Source: a virus (Duplodnaviria; Caudoviricetes). Taken from it: a DNA stretch of 55,322 nt. The stretch is taken from positions 1-55,322 of IMG/VR virus record IMGVR_UViG_3300004225_000001. One strand, written 5' to 3'. This document shows, one piece after another, positions 51,668 to 55,322 of the stretch (positions are counted from its first letter, which is position 1; every line of letters begins with the position of its first letter). Position numbers and translations under genes: made by a program. The notes beneath the pieces are model-generated. The model was not told the origin of the DNA, ran no database searches, and was given only the letters and a program-made list of their open reading frames with translations.

Positions 51668-52640
51668 TCTAACAGACCGCCTGCGCTGTTTTGACAGGCA
51701 GACATGCACGGAAGCCGCAGAGCGGATTGAGACGCTTGAGGCAGAGCTTGCAGCAATGCGGGCGGGAGGGGAGCCGGTGGCGGAAATGGTTCCTTATCAC
51801 ACGCCATCTGGAAAAAGGGTGGCCGTTATTTCCAGGTTCCAGCATTTGCCTATCGGCACCAAGCTCTACACCCACCCCCAGCCAGCCGCACAGGATGCGG
51901 AGCGCATCCAAGCGCTGGAACTGGAAGTGCGGCAGTTGACTGAGAAGGTTGCGGAGCTGCGGGATGGCGGGGCCTATTCGCTGCCGGAGTGGCTTGAGGT
52001 GATGCATGCATCGGAAATACGGGGAATCTGGAATGACTGCAAACGCGATGGGTTGCACTACGTTGCGTTCGCTTGGCGAATAGAGCGCCTAGGATGGCAA
52101 AGACTGCTTGATGCGCTGCGCTCATCCCGCGGGAAAGCACCAGCACAGCAGCCCGCCCCATCGGCTGCGCCAGCGGTGGTAAGTGAACGCGAGTTCAAGC
52201 AGTTCCTGTCAGACGTGATGACCGCCGCAGGACTGGTGACGCATGGGAAGCAATGCAAAGACCTTGGCTCCCGACTCGGCGCTATGTGCGTGCGACTGCG
52301 CTCCCCCACGCCCCAGGCAGACAGCCAGCCAGCGCCAGCCAACACAAGGCAGATCGCAGAGTGTTACGGCGATTGCCCGGAGGACCCAAAGACATGCGCC
52401 AACCCATGCAAATTTGAAGGCCGCGCAGCCCGTGCCCAGGCAGACAGCGTGCTGGAGGATGCGGCGCGGTTGGAGCGCGAGCGAATCTGTGCTGCTATCA
52501 AGGCCGAGGATGACTACTGCGTCGAGCACGGTGACTACATGCTCGATTCCGACGACTGCATCAAGATCGTGCGCGCCAAGTGGGTGCGCCCTGACTACTC
52601 TGTAGATGCAGCCCGCAAGCAAGGAGCAAACCATGACTGA
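51660..52640 (+). CDS. Mosaic accessory protein (326 aa)
   Basis: Start MGDLTDRLR; short modules joined by EPVA, LYTHPQPA and QADS linkers. Confidence 0.7.
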   Translation: MGDLTDRLRCFDRQTCTEAAERIETLEAELAAMRAGGEPVAEMVPYHTPSGKRVAVISRFQHLPIGTKLYTHPQPAAQDAERIQALELEVRQLTEKVAELRDGGAYSLPEWLEVMHASEIRGIWNDCKRDGLHYVAFAWRIERLGWQRLLDALRSSRGKAPAQQPAPSAAPAVVSEREFKQFLSDVMTAAGLVTHGKQCKDLGSRLGAMCVRLRSPTPQADSQPAPANTRQIAECYGDCPEDPKTCANPCKFEGRAARAQADSVLEDAARLERERICAAIKAEDDYCVEHGDYMLDSDDCIKIVRAKWVRPDYSVDAARKQGANHD

Positions 52641-53319
52641 GCCGACAGAACTGCTGCCTTGCCCGTTTTGCGGCAGTGACAACATCGGGCACTACGAAGT
52701 GGAAGATCGCGATAACCACTCATTTGAGTGCCACGATTGCCTAGCTGGAAGCGCGTGCAAGAGCACGTACAACGAAGCCCTTGCAGCGTGGAACCGCCGC
52801 ACTGCTCCGCCAGCAGTGGCGGGAGAGCTCGTGGCGCCGGACTTCTACACTGCCTGCGGTTGGCATGATGGCGGGGGTGTAGGTGGGTGGATCGCCCTGC
52901 CAGGCTACAGCAATGAAACCGAGCACGGTGTGAAGCATTTGGTGCTGGATGCCGCTCGCAAGGAAGGCTACAAAGGTACGGCCGCCGGGCGATTGCTTGA
53001 GCTGGGGTGGGAAATCCGACCTGTGTACCTAACCCCGCAGCCCACCCAGGCGCAGGAAGCACCTCAATCTGGAGCGAAGTCTTTCCAAACGTACGCCGAG
53101 GCAAACGCGTACTCAAGGGGCTACTACGCGGGCAAGAAGGCCGCAACACAGGCGCAGGCCGGGGCGGTGCCGCTGACGGATGCGGTGGCGCGAAATCTCG
53201 TGTGGAGCATCGAGTCCGCATGGAATCGCTCCGATGACGTCAATGAAGACGATGCAGTCGAATTGATCCGGGCCACCGAAGCCGCCCACGGCATCAAAGG
53301 AGGCCCGCATGCTGAGTGA
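52633..53319 (+). CDS. Lar-family restriction-alleviation domain protein with C-terminal extension (228 aa)
   Basis: ELLPCPFCGS...ECHDC...A.AAWNRR; AAGGAG RBS. Confidence 0.8.
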   Translation: MTEPTELLPCPFCGSDNIGHYEVEDRDNHSFECHDCLAGSACKSTYNEALAAWNRRTAPPAVAGELVAPDFYTACGWHDGGGVGGWIALPGYSNETEHGVKHLVLDAARKEGYKGTAAGRLLELGWEIRPVYLTPQPTQAQEAPQSGAKSFQTYAEANAYSRGYYAGKKAATQAQAGAVPLTDAVARNLVWSIESAWNRSDDVNEDDAVELIRATEAAHGIKGGPHAE

Positions 53320-53542
53320 TGACTACCTGTGGAAGCAATCGGAGAAAACAATGATTGGCGGCAGTATTCACATTATCAGGTTTGCACGCGCCATCGAGGC
53401 TGAAGTCCGCGCACAAGACGAGGCGCTGATTCGGCAGCTTGTGGATGCGCTGGATGGATCAATCGCCATAACGATGATCAAGATTGATCTGCGGAATGCG
53501 GCCCTCACCGCCGCTCGTGCGCGGCTGGAGATCAAGCCATGA
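53309..53542 (+). CDS. Hypothetical protein (77 aa)
   Basis: AGGAGG RBS; FARAIEAEV motif. Confidence 0.7.
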   Translation: MLSDDYLWKQSEKTMIGGSIHIIRFARAIEAEVRAQDEALIRQLVDALDGSIAITMIKIDLRNAALTAARARLEIKP

Positions 53543-53715
53543 ACCGCCGCGCCATCAGCAACCGCCACGCCCTCGTGGCAAGCCTCTCTGAACAACACCA
53601 AGTCAAGGCCATAGAAGGCGCCGGCGGCTTTGAAGCACCAGATAAGCCAAACAGAGAACTGCGCCGTCGCATGGATCGCGAAGCGCGGCGCACAGCAAAG
53701 AAAGGCCGGCCATGA
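53539..53715 (+). CDS. Small basic protein (58 aa; absent from the ORF track)
   Basis: GGAG RBS; ATGA overlaps at both ends; MNRRAISNRHALVASL...NRELRRRMDREARR. Confidence 0.65.
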   Translation: MNRRAISNRHALVASLSEQHQVKAIEGAGGFEAPDKPNRELRRRMDREARRTAKKGRP

Positions 53716-53987
53716 GCGAACTACTCACCGACGAAGAAGTTGCGGCCCTGCTCGATTGCGAAGCAAGCACTGTGCAGGAGTTGGTGCGCACCAACAAGCT
53801 GCCAGCGGCAAAGTTCGGGCGTTCCTGGCGGTTCCACCGCGACACGCTTATGGAAGCCATCAAGCAGAAGACGATGGAAAACATGATTGCGCCGGCACCA
53901 AGGCTTCTCAATCAACAGAAGCCCGCTCAACTCAGAAAGATAGAAGTGAAGTTGCCGCCCGTTCTCCCCCGCCTAGGCCAATCGTGA
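53712..53987 (+). CDS. xis: Excisionase-like HTH protein (91 aa)
   Basis: LLT.EEVA.LL.....TV..L.....LPA.K.GR.WRF; convergent with the integrase. Confidence 0.85.
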   Translation: MSELLTDEEVAALLDCEASTVQELVRTNKLPAAKFGRSWRFHRDTLMEAIKQKTMENMIAPAPRLLNQQKPAQLRKIEVKLPPVLPRLGQS

Positions 53988-55112
53988 GGCCAGATCAGAC
54001 CCCCGCAGCGATGCGTAGCGCAGCATCATGCGGGTGTCGGTCCATCCCATAATCTTGCAAACATCAATCTCCGAGAACACCCACCCAGAGGCGTTGCGCA
54101 ATTCCACCCAGCGGCAGGTAGCCTCATGCCGCAGATCATGTTCCGTGAAGTCCGGCACATCGGCATAGGAAAACAACGTGCGAAACCGTGCCGTCAGCCG
54201 GCCGGATGCTCTATCCCGATCGGCGACATCACCAGACCAGAACGGGAACACCAGCCCCACACGGCCATCGCACCAAGCGCGCAGGCGCTCGCGCAGCGCA
54301 GGCTTGAGCGGCACCACGCGCGGTTTGATGGCGCCCCGGTGGCCCTTGCTGCCCTCCACATTCATGACGCCCTGCGCAAAATCAATCGAGGCCACGCGCA
54401 GCCGGTAGCACTCCGACAGCCGCAAGCCCGTGTCCACGATGAACGCGTACAACAGAGCGAATGCCGGGTCAGTCGGGTACGCCCGCTCGCGGTCGTCCCG
54501 CTTTTCGCCAGCCAGCACCACCAGCACGCGCGCATGCTCGTCGGGCGACAGCCTTCGGTTGCGCACCACATCTCGCTTTGCCGCGGCCCCGGTGGCCACG
54601 TCCGCCTCGGTATAAGTGCTGTAGCCACGCGGCAGCAGGCGCAGCGGGTTTGCATGCGGGTGCTGGCCCGGATCCGTAGTGCGGCGAATGTGCCAATCGA
54701 GCACGCGCGCCAGTGAACCAATGCGCTTGCGAATCGTGCCCGGCGAAAGGTTGCGCTCGCGTTTTAGCCTGCGCACGTATTCGTCGGCCCAGGTGAACGT
54801 AACCCCCGACACGCGCACGCCAACCACCTCGCCGCACAACACCGTCAGCACCTCACGGTCAGACGGCGCCGGGGCCGCATCGCGCTCAAATTCACCAATG
54901 ACATGCACCAGCATGTGGTCATCCTGCTTTTTCTCTGGCACGGCCAGCATTTCAGCGGGAACGATGCCGCGAGACAACAGAGCTTTAAGCTGCTCGCCGT
55001 AGGCGCGCGCTTCTGGTTCTGTGTCGAATGTGAAAAAGAATGGCTTGGGAAGAAGCGCGTGCTTTACCCGAAGCTGGAAGCGCTGCCCGCGCTGCTGGAC
55101 GTTGATGGCCAT
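53973..55112 (-). CDS. int: Tyrosine integrase (379 aa)
   Basis: TGLRLSE (R), HDLRH (HxxR), MGW, MLRYA (Y); adjacent to the att site. Confidence 0.95.
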   Translation of the reverse strand: MAINVQQRGQRFQLRVKHALLPKPFFFTFDTEPEARAYGEQLKALLSRGIVPAEMLAVPEKKQDDHMLVHVIGEFERDAAPAPSDREVLTVLCGEVVGVRVSGVTFTWADEYVRRLKRERNLSPGTIRKRIGSLARVLDWHIRRTTDPGQHPHANPLRLLPRGYSTYTEADVATGAAAKRDVVRNRRLSPDEHARVLVVLAGEKRDDRERAYPTDPAFALLYAFIVDTGLRLSECYRLRVASIDFAQGVMNVEGSKGHRGAIKPRVVPLKPALRERLRAWCDGRVGLVFPFWSGDVADRDRASGRLTARFRTLFSYADVPDFTEHDLRHEATCRWVELRNASGWVFSEIDVCKIMGWTDTRMMLRYASLRGSDLASRLA

Positions 55113-55275
55113 CGCGCCACTGTAACCCGACTAACCGCCCAGCACGATCCGATGAAGAGTAGCAGCGCTACCAAAATGAGGTAGCAGCGAGCCGGTTTGA
55201 GCGGTATTTGAGCCGGTTTGCTATCTAGTAAGCTATTTACTTGATAGCGCCGAATGCTTGCTGCATAAGGCTTTT

Positions 55276-55322
55276 ATCTGGAGGCGCGGCGCGGAGTCGA
55301 ACCGCGCTAACCGGATTTGCAA
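55276..55322. repeat. Right attachment-site core
   Basis: Identical to 1-47. Confidence 0.95.
55279..55322 (-). tRNA. tRNA-Cys(GCA), 3' portion; the 5' half presumably lies beyond the window end
   Basis: Anticodon loop TTGCAAA, T-arm CGCGG-TTCGACT-CCGCG, acceptor strand ending TCCA. Confidence 0.8.

Larger units (their letters stand above)
1..55322. mobile_element. Complete temperate prophage (lambdoid control region, podovirus-type virion genes) integrated in tRNA-Cys
   Basis: 47-bp terminal direct repeat; integrase next to the right repeat; full set of immunity, replication, packaging, capsid, tail and lysis genes with no obvious disruption. Confidence 0.96.

Noticed and set aside
1-55322. 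CRISPR array, DGR/retron reverse transcriptase, IS transposase, tape-measure or sheath genes
   Set aside because: No regularly spaced repeat-spacer array, no RT (YxDD) or DDE ORF, and no long-tail genes recognised

Overview
The window is one apparently complete ~55.3 kb temperate prophage. It is bounded by a perfect 47-bp direct repeat (1-47 and 55276-55322) that is the 3' half of a tRNA-Cys(GCA) gene. The high GC and a dispersed hairpin repeat suggest a Comamonadaceae-like betaproteobacterial host (inference). The layout is lambdoid: int/xis, an early arm (recT, YqaJ exonuclease, C5 methyltransferase), a cI/cro switch with visible operators, and replication/nin-like genes. The virion module is podovirus-type: terminase, portal, an interposed lysis cassette, scaffold, N4-gp56-type capsid, tail fibres, nozzle and ejection proteins, ending in a 3517-aa polyvalent protein. 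That protein carries DdrB-ParB, ParB-like, RelA/SpoT-like, two ADP-ribosyltransferase-like and HExxH peptidase domains. The most striking observation is that its linkers hide further genetic elements next to the enzymatic domains: an antisense 91-aa gene with its own -10 box and strong RBS beside the RelA/SpoT domain, a 63-aa overprinted gene after the DdrB-ParB domain, and a candidate antisense hairpin sRNA after the first ART domain. Other highlights are a DDxxD prenyltransferase-like gene in the ejection module, a 16-bp motif upstream of five late gene blocks, a C4-like cloverleaf RNA, a divergent CsrA with matching hairpins, and a Gp49-family candidate nucleotide sponge. All family calls are motif recognition by eye; no database searches were run.
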